Below, one piece after another: positions 17,609-28,000 of a stretch of DNA of 64,000 nucleotides (positions are counted from its first letter, which is position 1; each line of letters begins with the position of its first letter). The stretch spans positions 28,873-92,872 of the forward strand of contig JAUVAX010000001.1 of the NCBI GenBank assembly GCA_030591685.1, in the 5' to 3' direction. This DNA comes from Pseudobdellovibrionaceae bacterium. Lineage in GTDB: Bacteria; Bdellovibrionota; Bdellovibrionia; Bdellovibrionales; UBA1609. A model generated the notes under the pieces. It was not told the DNA's origin, searched no databases, and was given only the letters and a program-made list of their open reading frames with translations. The position numbers and the translations under genes are program-made.

Positions 17609-18769
17609 CTAGTTGAGTCTTATATGCACAAACTTCAAATACCTCAACTCATGGCATATATGCACAAACGGATGGTCCCCCCCCTGACCCGAAATCCGAA
17701 CTATTTGGCCCGTTTTTCGTGCCTTTGATAGCGAAAGATTTATAATCTCAAAAAAATCATTAAAACTAACATGACTAGAACATGAACTTAAAACTAAGTG
17801 CCCCCCCGAATGAAGCATCTTAGCCGCTAAAGCAAATGTTTCTATATACTTTTCAATGGCCCTCTCCTTTTGACCCTCTGAGTGAGCCATCGAAGGTGGG
17901 TCTACAATGACCATATCGCATCTGTCTTTTTTTTGATGAATGTACTCAAAAACATCCGCACACACTCCCGTGTGAAGATCTGCAGAAAGATCATTAAGCT
18001 CCCAGTTTTTTTTAGCCAAATCGATGGCTCCTGGAGACAGATCTACACTGACAACGGATTTAGCCCCCCCCTTACCTGCATAGACTGAAAACCCGCCCGT
18101 ATAACTAAATAAATTAACCACTGAAAGACCAGAGCTTATTTGCCTGACATACTCCCTGTTCTCTCGCTGGTCTAAGAAAAAACCAGTCTTCTGACCCTGA
18201 GGGATATTCACTAAAAACTTAATGTTATTTTCTATAATTTCAACACACTCTTCATTCATAGGAGAGCCCGATATTAATTTATAACCTTTATGAATTCGAC
18301 TCTTGTCGATGACTGATTTACACGAAGTGTTTTCAACTATCCATTGGCTGACCAAATCTTGATCCCAAAATTCGTAGGGGCCTTGGCCATCAAATTGCAC
18401 AACCGCTACATCATTATATACGTCACACACGAGCCCTGGTAACCGGTCCCCTTCACCATTAAATAGTCGGTAACTGTTTGATGATGAAAGTAAGTGGGAG
18501 TCACGTAACTTCAAGGCCTGAGAGAAAAGATTTTTATAGAATTGTTCAACAGGGCACTCAGGAGATAAGCTTATAATTCTAAGCGCTAGTACCGAATGAG
18601 GGTCACCCATAGCCCATGCTAAAAAAATGCCCTTTATATCTATAACCTTAACTAGCTCACAACGAGAGTTCACAAGCTTCGTTTTTAAAGATTCCTTATA
18701 AACCCAAGGGTGCCCTCGTAGAACATTGCGCCTCAAGTTTTTGCTCAGTTGAACCGTTTTATAGGACAT
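17609..18769 (-). CDS. rlmI: Class I SAM-dependent 23S rRNA (cytosine-C5) methyltransferase, RlmI-like
   Basis: N-terminal PUA-like LRGHPWVYKES, GQKTGFFLDQREN, Rossmann motif VVNLFSYTGGFSVYA, and VIVDPP. Confidence 0.8.
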   Translation of the reverse strand: MSYKTVQLSKNLRRNVLRGHPWVYKESLKTKLVNSRCELVKVIDIKGIFLAWAMGDPHSVLALRIISLSPECPVEQFYKNLFSQALKLRDSHLLSSSNSYRLFNGEGDRLPGLVCDVYNDVAVVQFDGQGPYEFWDQDLVSQWIVENTSCKSVIDKSRIHKGYKLISGSPMNEECVEIIENNIKFLVNIPQGQKTGFFLDQRENREYVRQISSGLSVVNLFSYTGGFSVYAGKGGAKSVVSVDLSPGAIDLAKKNWELNDLSADLHTGVCADVFEYIHQKKDRCDMVIVDPPSMAHSEGQKERAIEKYIETFALAAKMLHSGGHLVLSSCSSHVSFNDFFEIINLSLSKARKTGQIVRISGQGGDHPFVHICHELRYLKFVHIRLN

Positions 18770-19020
18770 TGTCTCGCTTTTTGTTAATTCTAAGTGCTAT
18801 GTGTGACCAATACTAACTACGTTACTTTTATAGTAAATAAATGTACATACAAATTTTACTGACTCTTAACGTCTATAAAAAGGCATGTGAGCACATGAGC
18901 CCCTTTTGCTCACTCTTCCTTTGTCTAGTCCTGCGGCATAATTTTAAGGGGTATTTCAATGACTAAACCTCTTTATTTTTGATACAATGATGGTAGTTTT
19001 TTCAATCTGAGGCAAAATAA

Positions 19021-19386
19021 ATGAAGCGACTACTCTACATCGAAGACGAATCTAAACTTTATAATTTAATGAGAGACACTTTTGGTGATGATTTTTTACT
19101 CTATTTTGCTGAAAATTTAGCAGAAGCAGACCGTCAACTAATGCGTAACCCTATAGATTATATAATCTCTGACATTATGCTGCCTGATGGAAGCAGCCTA
19201 GAATTTTTTAAAAACTTTTTAAAGCAAAAACGCGCACTTCCCCCAATAATTTTTCTAACAGGTCACGGAGAGGTGGATCATAAAATTCAAGGTCTACTTT
19301 TAGGCGCTGCTGATTTCTTTACAAAGCCAACGGACCCCTCTGTGCTCAAAGCACGCATAGACATACTTCAAAGAGAGGGAAAGTAA
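19021..19386 (+). CDS. Single-domain response regulator (receiver only)
   Basis: LLYIEDE acidic pocket, phospho-acceptor context IISDIMLPDGSS, FLTGH, FFTKP. Confidence 0.8.
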   Translation: MKRLLYIEDESKLYNLMRDTFGDDFLLYFAENLAEADRQLMRNPIDYIISDIMLPDGSSLEFFKNFLKQKRALPPIIFLTGHGEVDHKIQGLLLGAADFFTKPTDPSVLKARIDILQREGK

Positions 19387-19441
19387 AAGCCTCTCTTCAC
19401 CCTAACTTACGATTCACTCTCATATAAATTTATTTTAGCTC

Positions 19442-20887
19442 TTAAGAAAATAATCTTCTCATTTTCTCAAAAGGGAATACTGACAGTTGCGCTGCTTTTT
19501 CTAAATGAGCCGGTGTTATCTCCTTAGACTCGTCAATATCAGCAAAGCTTCTTGCTACTTTTATAAGTGCAAATTTTCTTCTTAACGACCTTCCGAATTC
19601 GGGCATAAAGTTTTCTAACCCTTTATCAACAAGGCCCTCTAGCTGCAATTTATTAAGTCGTGAATTAATTCTCTCTTCACCATTTATTTTTAAGTTAAAT
19701 TTTCGCCCCCTTTGAATCCATTTCTTTATTTCTTTTAAACTCACCCCATCATGTCTTCCGGGTTTCCATGTGTGGGTGTAGGACATGAGTTGAAAGCGAT
19801 CTAAAATGGGCCCACTGAGCCTTTCACTATACGAACGACATCTGTTTAAACTAAATCGACAACTGCTTATTTGCCCCGGAACAAGGTCCCCACAAGGGCA
19901 AAGGTTTGTCGTCCCTATAAGTAAAAATTGAGCCGGAAACGTCTCCGTCCGACCCTTTCTTGAAATGGTGATTTGACCCTTTTCTATAGGCTCCCTCAAG
20001 GCCTCTTTGACTTCACTTTTAAATTCTAAGAATTCATCTAAAAGTAACACCCCCCCATGAGCCCTTGTGATTTCACCAGGGAAGATGGGCACACCCCCTC
20101 CCACCATCGAAAGAGGGGTTGTCGTATGATGAGGAGCCACATAAGGGCGCCAATCCAGCTCAAAGCCCAAAGTTTTATTAATCAACTGAGAGACCCTGAA
20201 TGTTCTCTCATCGGGCTGCAGAAGCACCTGGTATAAACACTCCGCAAAAGTTGTTTTACCACTGCCCGCAGGGCCCGCAAGCATAATGGAATGCTCTCCG
20301 TGTGCCGTTACAGCGAGAGTCTCAGCCACAGGTCTTGAGAGCTTTATAGACTCATCAATTTCAGGAGCTTTTTTGTACTTAGGCTCTATGGAGGCCGGAT
20401 AATATTGTAAGTTTTGAAGCCCCTTTAACTCCTTTAGCCCCCATGTGTTTATATTAACATTATTCTCAGGCTCCCCTGTGATAAATTGACTCCCCTTTGG
20501 AGACTCCAAAATAAACTCTAAATCATCCGGCACCTGCACGCCCCCTTGTAAACCCAAAGTGCCATAAATAAAAAAGGCACTCTCCCCTTCTTGCGGAGGC
20601 TGCACTTGCCCGGTCTTCCAAAGCAATGCACAGGCCACGGCTAAATCAATACCCTGGCTCGTTTTTTTCAAATAAGAAGGCTTTAAATTGACGACCACCT
20701 GCTGCCCCTGAGGAAACTTAAACCCCTGGTGCTTTAGTGCTGATTTAATCCTCAACTCCGACTCTCTGATTAATAAATCCGGTTGTCCAAGAAAATTAAT
20801 TTTTGGTATCCCTGGTACAAGCGAAAGCTCAACCTCTACGGGGCGTAAATTATATCCATGTTTAATATAAGAGTAGATCTTCATCAC
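19442..20887 (-). CDS. comM: YifB/ComM-family Mg-chelatase-like AAA+ ATPase
   Basis: N-terminal Lon-protease-like domain. Walker A MLAGPAGSGKT, Walker B LLLDEF, PILDRF block, Cys-rich insert CPCGDL...C. Confidence 0.85.
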   Translation of the reverse strand: MMKIYSYIKHGYNLRPVEVELSLVPGIPKINFLGQPDLLIRESELRIKSALKHQGFKFPQGQQVVVNLKPSYLKKTSQGIDLAVACALLWKTGQVQPPQEGESAFFIYGTLGLQGGVQVPDDLEFILESPKGSQFITGEPENNVNINTWGLKELKGLQNLQYYPASIEPKYKKAPEIDESIKLSRPVAETLAVTAHGEHSIMLAGPAGSGKTTFAECLYQVLLQPDERTFRVSQLINKTLGFELDWRPYVAPHHTTTPLSMVGGGVPIFPGEITRAHGGVLLLDEFLEFKSEVKEALREPIEKGQITISRKGRTETFPAQFLLIGTTNLCPCGDLVPGQISSCRFSLNRCRSYSERLSGPILDRFQLMSYTHTWKPGRHDGVSLKEIKKWIQRGRKFNLKINGEERINSRLNKLQLEGLVDKGLENFMPEFGRSLRRKFALIKVARSFADIDESKEITPAHLEKAAQLSVFPFEKMRRLFS

Positions 20888-21000
20888 ATAAAAGGACTGA
20901 GCAATCTATATACCAGCCTCCCATTCAAATATATAAGGGGCTGATAACTTTCATGTCCGAATTTCAGTAAATTTCACTCTCGTTCGGATATTTTTTAATT

Positions 21001-21876
21001 TTAAATAGACTTCTTTTTAGAGAGCGGATGATGTGCATCCACCTCTTTTTCAAGATGTGCCGTCGCGACAGAAGTGTAAATTTGTGTAGTTTGAATGCTC
21101 GAATGCCCTAAAAGCATTTGTATGGACCTTAAATCAGCCCCACTCTCAAGTAGAGCCGTAGCGCAGCCATGCCTGAACTTATGGGGGCTTATAGGCTCAT
21201 CAAAGCCCGCTTTTTGAGACCAAGCCGCCATCCAGCGCCAAATATCCACCCGACTGGGGCGCTTACCCCGATCGTTAATTAAAATAGAATGATTAGACGA
21301 ATCTTTAGTCAGTTGAGGTCTGATTTTATATAAATAATCCTTTAACTCTACTAACAAACTGTCTGTTAAAGGCACCAGGCGTTCCTTATTACCCTTACCT
21401 AAAACTCTCAACCACTGATCAAATTCATTGAAATCTTGTAAATTTAAACCTATTAACTCAGACACTCTACACCCTAAGCCAAAAAGTAAAAGAAGAGTCA
21501 TCTGATTACGGGCACACTTATACACATCCTCAACTTGACAAGCCTCATAGAGCTTTTGAAAGTCCGCTACAGACAAAGCTTTAGGCAGCGCCACTTTTAC
21601 CTTAGGTGATCTTAACTGATCCAGCCTTGGCACTTTCAATCCCTGGATCTCACAGAATTTAAAATAAGTTCTCAAAGAACTCACTACACGTGCTTGAGAG
21701 CGCGGGCTTAAGCCCTTGTTTTTTAAAAATTCGTAGATACCTGTAATCTCTTTTTTTAATACTTCAAACTCTTCATAAAGCTCAAGGTCGCGCCGGTAAG
21801 CCATAACAGTGTTACGGGTCCTTCCACGCACATTTTGTAAGTCATCAAAAAATTCAGTCCAGTACCTTAAAGCCAT
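21001..21876 (-). CDS. xerD: Tyrosine recombinase XerC/XerD family
   Basis: NTVMAYRRDLELY N-terminal SAM-like domain. Catalytic RVSE, HKFRHGCAT, LLGHSSIQTTQIYT (R-H-R-H-Y set). Confidence 0.8.
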   Translation of the reverse strand: MALRYWTEFFDDLQNVRGRTRNTVMAYRRDLELYEEFEVLKKEITGIYEFLKNKGLSPRSQARVVSSLRTYFKFCEIQGLKVPRLDQLRSPKVKVALPKALSVADFQKLYEACQVEDVYKCARNQMTLLLLFGLGCRVSELIGLNLQDFNEFDQWLRVLGKGNKERLVPLTDSLLVELKDYLYKIRPQLTKDSSNHSILINDRGKRPSRVDIWRWMAAWSQKAGFDEPISPHKFRHGCATALLESGADLRSIQMLLGHSSIQTTQIYTSVATAHLEKEVDAHHPLSKKKSI

Positions 21877-22025
21877 GGCTTATTTTCGTTGAGGAGAGTT
21901 CACATTGGCAAGGGTTTTTAGGGTGAAGAGAGATTTAGTTAAGGCATGCGTCATCCATTAAGGGCATAAAATTGGACAAAAATAGGACTTCAAGTAAATA
22001 ACGCATACCTTAACAAGTTTAAATT

Positions 22026-22727
22026 TTATTCAAAAGCAACTAGTGAAGAAAACTTACCTTCGTAAATCATTTCATTAGCTCCAGGGGGTTGATAGTAAAC
22101 CTTTAATTGAATGACTTTGTTAAACTCAGTCGAGTTTAAATCCAGATCATGTGATTTTAACATTATAAGTTCTCCTGTTTCTTCGTTCTCTAGAGTGATC
22201 TGAAAAGTATCCGAAAGAGCTAAGTCATCTTGAGTGTACACAGGGTCAGAAATTCGATTCGGAACTTGAGTGTAATATTTAGTAATGGTCTGTCGGCCAA
22301 ATATATTTTCACCTTCCTCATTTAAGGTCACATCAACGATTAAAGAGAACCTCTCTGTTAAAGGATCTGATAAAAATATGACTCGCGCCTCAAGAAGGTA
22401 TTTATAATTTAAATCTCTTTCAACAAAATCTAACCACTCAAAGGCAAACACACTGCCTGGTGAACCCATTGCACTGTTACACTCGCTCTGTGCTGATTGG
22501 GCGCAGCCCTCACCGTAAAAAATAGTGGCGTAATCAACACCGTTTGTGGGGTTATATATTAAATTCTCTGCCTCTGCTTGAGCTGAGGGGGAGAGGTCAC
22601 CTAAAATTTGCTCTAACAGTGTATTGAGCTCTGCAGAGTTGACCGTGGGGGTCGCTGTTCGGCTCTGCCAAGAGCACCCAGTGCCCAAAGCTGCCAACAA
22701 CATTAAAATAGCAAAAGATTTAAACAT
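22026..22727 (-). CDS. Lipoprotein, function unknown
   Basis: Lipobox LGTGC. No recognisable domain. Confidence 0.55.
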   Translation of the reverse strand: MFKSFAILMLLAALGTGCSWQSRTATPTVNSAELNTLLEQILGDLSPSAQAEAENLIYNPTNGVDYATIFYGEGCAQSAQSECNSAMGSPGSVFAFEWLDFVERDLNYKYLLEARVIFLSDPLTERFSLIVDVTLNEEGENIFGRQTITKYYTQVPNRISDPVYTQDDLALSDTFQITLENEETGELIMLKSHDLDLNSTEFNKVIQLKVYYQPPGANEMIYEGKFSSLVAFE

Positions 22728-22741
22728 TTTTTCTCGCTTCC

Positions 22742-23437
22742 TTAATTAGGCATGTTCGGTAATGAAACTGTTGTAAATAGTTGGTATCCACCATTACACG
22801 GACCCTGAGGGGCTTGTACTGTAATATTAACGTAACCATGAAACCCTAACTGATAATTAAACTGATCTAACCCGTTAAAGGTCTGTATCTGAAGCATATC
22901 TAAATTTGAAAATTTAAATATTACTGGTATACCCGTCTCAATGCTAATGGCCTCAAGAGTTATACCGTTAGTCAGCGTTAGGCCTACAAGGTTACCTTCT
23001 CTAAGAGTATTCACCTCATAACCTCCATATGGAAGTGGGCACGTTGTGGTCGTGGGTTGACTGCGATGAACTTGCATATAACCTCGAGCCTCTACATTTC
23101 CAGATGAGAAGTTTCCAGAGTAAGAACTATATCCATCGTAATAATCATTAGAACCATACTGATTAGATGAAAACAAACTCAAACCCATCTCTAAATGAAG
23201 GTCAAAAGAGTCAATGCCTCCTGCCACATCAGCGACAACATTAGCGTTACTACAATCTCTACAGTTATTTTGCCTTAATCCATTTTGATCATACTGAAAC
23301 CAATCATCTCCATTATAAAACCGGTCCTGGGTTCTAGACTGACCACCTGAACTGCCTTTACAGGCTGTCATTGAAACCCCTACAAGCAGTGCAAAGAGGC
23401 CTATCACAATTATTTTTATTTTCCTTTGTGCTCTCAT
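22742..23437 (-). CDS. Lipoprotein, function unknown (Cys-containing, Y/G/S/N-rich)
   Basis: Lipobox SMTAC. No recognisable domain. Confidence 0.55.
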   Translation of the reverse strand: MRAQRKIKIIVIGLFALLVGVSMTACKGSSGGQSRTQDRFYNGDDWFQYDQNGLRQNNCRDCSNANVVADVAGGIDSFDLHLEMGLSLFSSNQYGSNDYYDGYSSYSGNFSSGNVEARGYMQVHRSQPTTTTCPLPYGGYEVNTLREGNLVGLTLTNGITLEAISIETGIPVIFKFSNLDMLQIQTFNGLDQFNYQLGFHGYVNITVQAPQGPCNGGYQLFTTVSLPNMPN

Positions 23438-23464
23438 TTTGCTTTCCTTTTTTTATTTTAAGTT

Positions 23465-24247
23465 TTAATTAAATGCCACATCAACGTCTAAGTTTTCAAA
23501 AGTACCTAATTTTATATAACCATTAGTGGGATTCACGGAGTGATATGTATTCACACCGTCTCCAGACTTCCAAGCCCGACAATCATAAGGGCCATATGAA
23601 ACAAACCAACAGTGAAGATTAGGATGAGGGCCGGTGTTGTACCCATTAAGCACTGTATCACCAAAGTTTTTATACCAAATGGAGCCCTTATACTTTGTCG
23701 GCGCCACTCCGTCTCCTAAAAACAACTCACTTGTTTCATCTAGAACTATAATAACTCCACCCGTATTATCCTGAAAAAACCCATGAAAGACCCACTGACC
23801 ATCTGCTTTAAACCATTTATTATACCTTGCAGACTCGACTATATTTTTATCATTCAGATAATAGCTGTCTTCACCGTTAATAAATCCACCGGTGTGTGTC
23901 TGCCCATTATCAGTATAAATAATTTTAACAGTTCCGCCGTAATTCCCATTACCTCTATTAATTAAATCCACATATAGTTTTATATTTTGAGGGCTATACA
24001 TAGGACGGCCTGTATACTTTGCAAAGTTAGTAATTTGCGCCGTCTCCGATGAACCAACAATCACTAAGTCCACTTCATTACCAGTGCTGCTTGTTGTTAC
24101 CGTTGTTCCGTCACTAACGGGACCGGTGCCACCATCATCAACAGGATCTATTATTGCCGCTGGCCCCTCTGACTCCGAAGCACAACCAACAAACATAAAG
24201 CTCGATAATGCCGCTAATAGGATTAATTTTATAATTCGCTTACTCAT
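23465..24247 (-). CDS. Lipoprotein, function unknown
   Basis: Lipobox MFVGC. G/T/D-rich linker followed by a beta-rich domain (GTVKIIYTDNGQTHTGGF). Confidence 0.55.
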   Translation of the reverse strand: MSKRIIKLILLAALSSFMFVGCASESEGPAAIIDPVDDGGTGPVSDGTTVTTSSTGNEVDLVIVGSSETAQITNFAKYTGRPMYSPQNIKLYVDLINRGNGNYGGTVKIIYTDNGQTHTGGFINGEDSYYLNDKNIVESARYNKWFKADGQWVFHGFFQDNTGGVIIVLDETSELFLGDGVAPTKYKGSIWYKNFGDTVLNGYNTGPHPNLHCWFVSYGPYDCRAWKSGDGVNTYHSVNPTNGYIKLGTFENLDVDVAFN

Positions 24248-24522
24248 ACTTAGTCCCTTTTTATAGTCTTTGTCCTACTGTTTCATAATGCGAGCACTAT
24301 GCCCCATGCATGCCATATGCTAACTATTTAATATTACTGTTATTTTTTGATTTCGGTTAACTTTTAGACAACCCTGTAAAGTGTCTAATGGACTCATTTG
24401 AAACAAAATATGTCACCGGACAGGCCAGAATAAGGGTTAAGGGGCTAAGTGAATAGGGTAAAAAATGAGCGTTAATGGCTCATAAAAAGAAGAGCTCACT
24501 GAATAGCCCCCAGCATTTAGTG

Positions 24523-25059
24523 TTACTGAGTCACTAATGAGCCTGTAAATACACCCATAGGTCCTAAGTAATCAACAACCTCGCCTATTAAAACGCCGTC
24601 ATTTATATACCCTGTAAGGGAAATCGTACCTCCGCCTGGGACACCTTGGCCAGGAGACTTCTCATCGTCCGAACGCATAAGGATTTTCCCATTAGACGGG
24701 AAGTACTTTACGATTAAAAAGCTATTGATTTCACTAATGAGGTCAAGCCTTCTGAAACGTCCTTTTAAAGAGGGGCGCAACTGAGGCTCTCCACTATTAT
24801 TATTGCCCACATTTTCATTCACCACAAATAACGTGATTCTTACGGGCACGGGCTCACGAGAGTGGTTGGCCATCTCTACAACCCCTTCATAGGTGCCCTT
24901 TATAGAGTCTGCAAGAAGCTGCAAGTAAGTAATATCATCCTTCTCTTTGCCCTCGTTCTCATCTCGGTAGCCTTGATCATCAGCACCACAAGAAATTAAA
25001 AGTAACGTAAAACAATAGAGAAAAATTTTTAATATTTTTTTAAACCCACATATATACAT
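24523..25059 (-). CDS. Lipoprotein, function unknown, last gene of the RND operon
   Basis: An internal ATG (25059) gives MYICGFKKILKIFLYCFTLLLISC (lipobox LISC) and removes the overlap with the RND gene. The track ORF extends to 25122. Confidence 0.5.
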   Translation of the reverse strand: MYICGFKKILKIFLYCFTLLLISCGADDQGYRDENEGKEKDDITYLQLLADSIKGTYEGVVEMANHSREPVPVRITLFVVNENVGNNNSGEPQLRPSLKGRFRRLDLISEINSFLIVKYFPSNGKILMRSDDEKSPGQGVPGGGTISLTGYINDGVLIGEVVDYLGPMGVFTGSLVTQ

Positions 25060-25076
25060 AACTTTACCTCCTATAT

Positions 25077-28000
25077 TTAATAACTCTTCGATCTCTGATT
25101 CCTCATTTTTAAAAACAAACACTTAACGTCATCTATAATGGCATAAGCACAAGGGACCCAAATAAGCGTTAAAATTGTCCCACTCGCTAAGCCCCAAGCT
25201 AAAGCTAAAGTCATGGGGACCAATATAGGGTCATGCCCCCCAAAACCATAGGCTGTAGGCATTAACCCGCCCACTGTTGTTAGACTTGTTACAAGAACAG
25301 CTCTTAATCTGTTGGCCGAGGCCTTGGCTAATAAATTTTCTTGATTAGAATCCTCATTTTTTAAATCCTTTATATAGCTCATTAAAACAATCGCTGAGTT
25401 CACAACAACCCCCGCTAACCCAACAACTCCTATTAATGCAAAAAAACCTAAAGGCTTACCATGAACAAAAAAGGCAAAGCTCACACCCACTAACCCCAAA
25501 GGTATAGAGCTTAAAACTAAAAAACTTTCGGTAAAGCTAAATAATATAAGAAGAATAGTAAATATACCAAAAATAGCAAGTCCCATGGCTTTAAATAAAG
25601 ACTCTATAGACTCTTTTGTACTCTCTTGCTCACCACCAAAATAAACTGTCACAGAGGGGTACTTTTCCTTGAGTCCAGTGAAGACTTCTAAGGTCCTATT
25701 GTTGGCCAAAATAGAGGTGATCACTTCTGGTATAACCTCTGCTGTTACCGTAATAGAGGGCTGAAAATCAAGGTGCTTCTTCACTGATGGCCCCTGAACC
25801 TCAACCACTTTGGCTACGCTACTTAAAGGGATCAATCGACCTGTTTTCGTCATTACCTTGGCCCGCTTTAAACTATCAATATTGGCTCTATCCACTTTAT
25901 TATACTTAATTCTTAAATCAAAATCCTCATTATCCATATTTAATTCAGAGGCTACAGCCCCCTGAAGAGCTGTTCTAATGGCAACCCCGATATCCTCAGT
26001 AGATAAACCAAGCCTTGAAAGCATAGAGTAGTCTAATTGAATTTGGTACTCCTTACCCCCAAGGATAACATCATCCTGGACATCAACAATACCGTCAATT
26101 TTTACGAGTGAGTCTTTAAGCTCACTCACTAACTCGTTAAGGTGAACCCTGTTGTTCGATCTAAAGGTAACGTTAATAGGTTTACCAATAGGTGGACCAT
26201 TTACTTTTTGCTCAAAGCTTAAAGACTTTAAACTTCCTTTTTTAATTTCTCTTAGTTTTTTTAATACACTCTGAACATTAAGGGTTTCAGCAACCTCTGG
26301 GTGGATGACAACAGTAACCATGCCCACGTTGTCTCCAGATTTTTCATTTGGATCTGTAAAACCCGTCTTCTGAAACCCCACTTGTAATACCTGATTTTTT
26401 ACAAGCTTATTACCTAGTTTTTTATTTATTTCTTTAACAAGCATATCACCACGAAGCTGAGTCTCTTCAAGGCTTGTGGATACAGGAGTTTCATATCTGG
26501 CAAAGTAATAATCAATCCCCTCACTAGGGAACAATTCAAAACGGTTTCCAAAAACAGCAAGAAGCAAGCTTGATACCAAAAGCAAAGTAAACGAAACCAA
26601 AACTGTATATCTTTTTTTAACAGCAATAATCATAAATTTCTCGAACAAAACTCGAAACTTAGAAAACCAATTATCAGCTCTTTTATTTCCCTCTTTCTGT
26701 GTACTTTTTAAAGTAAATTGTAACCTTGCTGGCAGCAAAAAGAAGCTCTCAAATAAACTCACTGAAAGTGACACTATAACAACTATTGGAATGAACTTTA
26801 CAAACTGACCCATTATCCCTTTTGTTACCAGCATAGGAGCAAAAGAAGCCATGGTTGTTGCGACGGTTAGTGAAATGGGCACCCAAAACTGATGTGCCCC
26901 CCTAAGGGCCGCATTAAAATTATCTAAGCCCGACTGACGTAAGCGAGCATAATTCTCACTGATCACAACGGCATTATCAACAAGCATACCAATAGAGATA
27001 ACAAGGGCCAACATAGTTACAGTATTAAGAGTCACACCAAGTAGTGAGATAAAACCAATCGTTGCCATAACAGAGACAGGCAAACTAATCGCTGCAACAA
27101 GGCCCATTTTACCAGGTAAAAATAAAAACATAATTAATAAAACTAACACCATACCTGTTAAAGCATTATTAACAACAATTGAAAGTTTATTAGATACTTT
27201 AACAGACTCGTCCCTGTAGACCGTCAATTTATATCCTGGCTTCAAAGTTCTTTCAAATTCATTAATTTTATTTATAACTAAAGTCGCAGTACTTACGGCA
27301 TCAGATGTGGACTTTTTAATTACAGTTAAAAGTGTTGATTGAGACCCGTCAATTGAAGTTAAAATACTGGATTCTTCATCTCCATCAACAACAGTTGCGA
27401 TGTCACTCACTAGTACTTTTTTATTTTCAAAGTTAGACCTAACAACAATGTCACCCATTTCAGCAGCAGAGTGGACCTGCCCTTGTACTCGAACTAACAT
27501 TTGATTTTTTGAATTCTTAATATACCCAGCCGGAATATTTTGAGTTCTTTTTTTAACTGCTAAAAAGACCTCCTGTATACCCACATGATGTTGATCCATC
27601 TTTTTTTGATTTAACAAAATTTGAAACTCTCTATTTTTAAACCCTAAATACCTGACCTCAGCAACGCCCTTAACATCCTCTAATAATGATTTTAAATCAT
27701 GAGCCACCCTATCCCGAGCCCTGCCCTTATTCGACCCAGTGACTCCTACTTCTATCACTGGAAACTCTGACGAGCTTAAAGTGTCAAAGCTGGGGTCCTC
27801 TAATATGCCATCAGGCAACCCATCTGTTTTTTCTACAGCACGCTGCAACTCACCCATAACTTCTTTAGTGTTTGCATTGTCCATATCTACACGAATAAAT
27901 ATTTTACTTAATCCTGATTGCGAAACAGACCTCACGTCCTTGACCCCGCTCACAGTTCTTATTTCATCTTCAATTTTTTTAGTGATTTTCTCTTCGACCT

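Larger units (their letters stand above)
16527..17609 (-). mobile_element. RAYT locus: Y1 transposase gene bracketed by inverted REP-like GTGACGGAG motifs
   Basis: GTGACGGAG on the + strand at 16527 and its reverse complement CTCCGTCAC at 17601-17609 flank the transposase ORF. G/C-rich tracts accompany both. Confidence 0.55.

Noticed and set aside
19442-21876. xerD plus comM considered as the edge of an integrative element.
   Set aside because: Both are conserved chromosomal genes. No flanking direct repeats, tRNA target or phage/ICE genes are visible.
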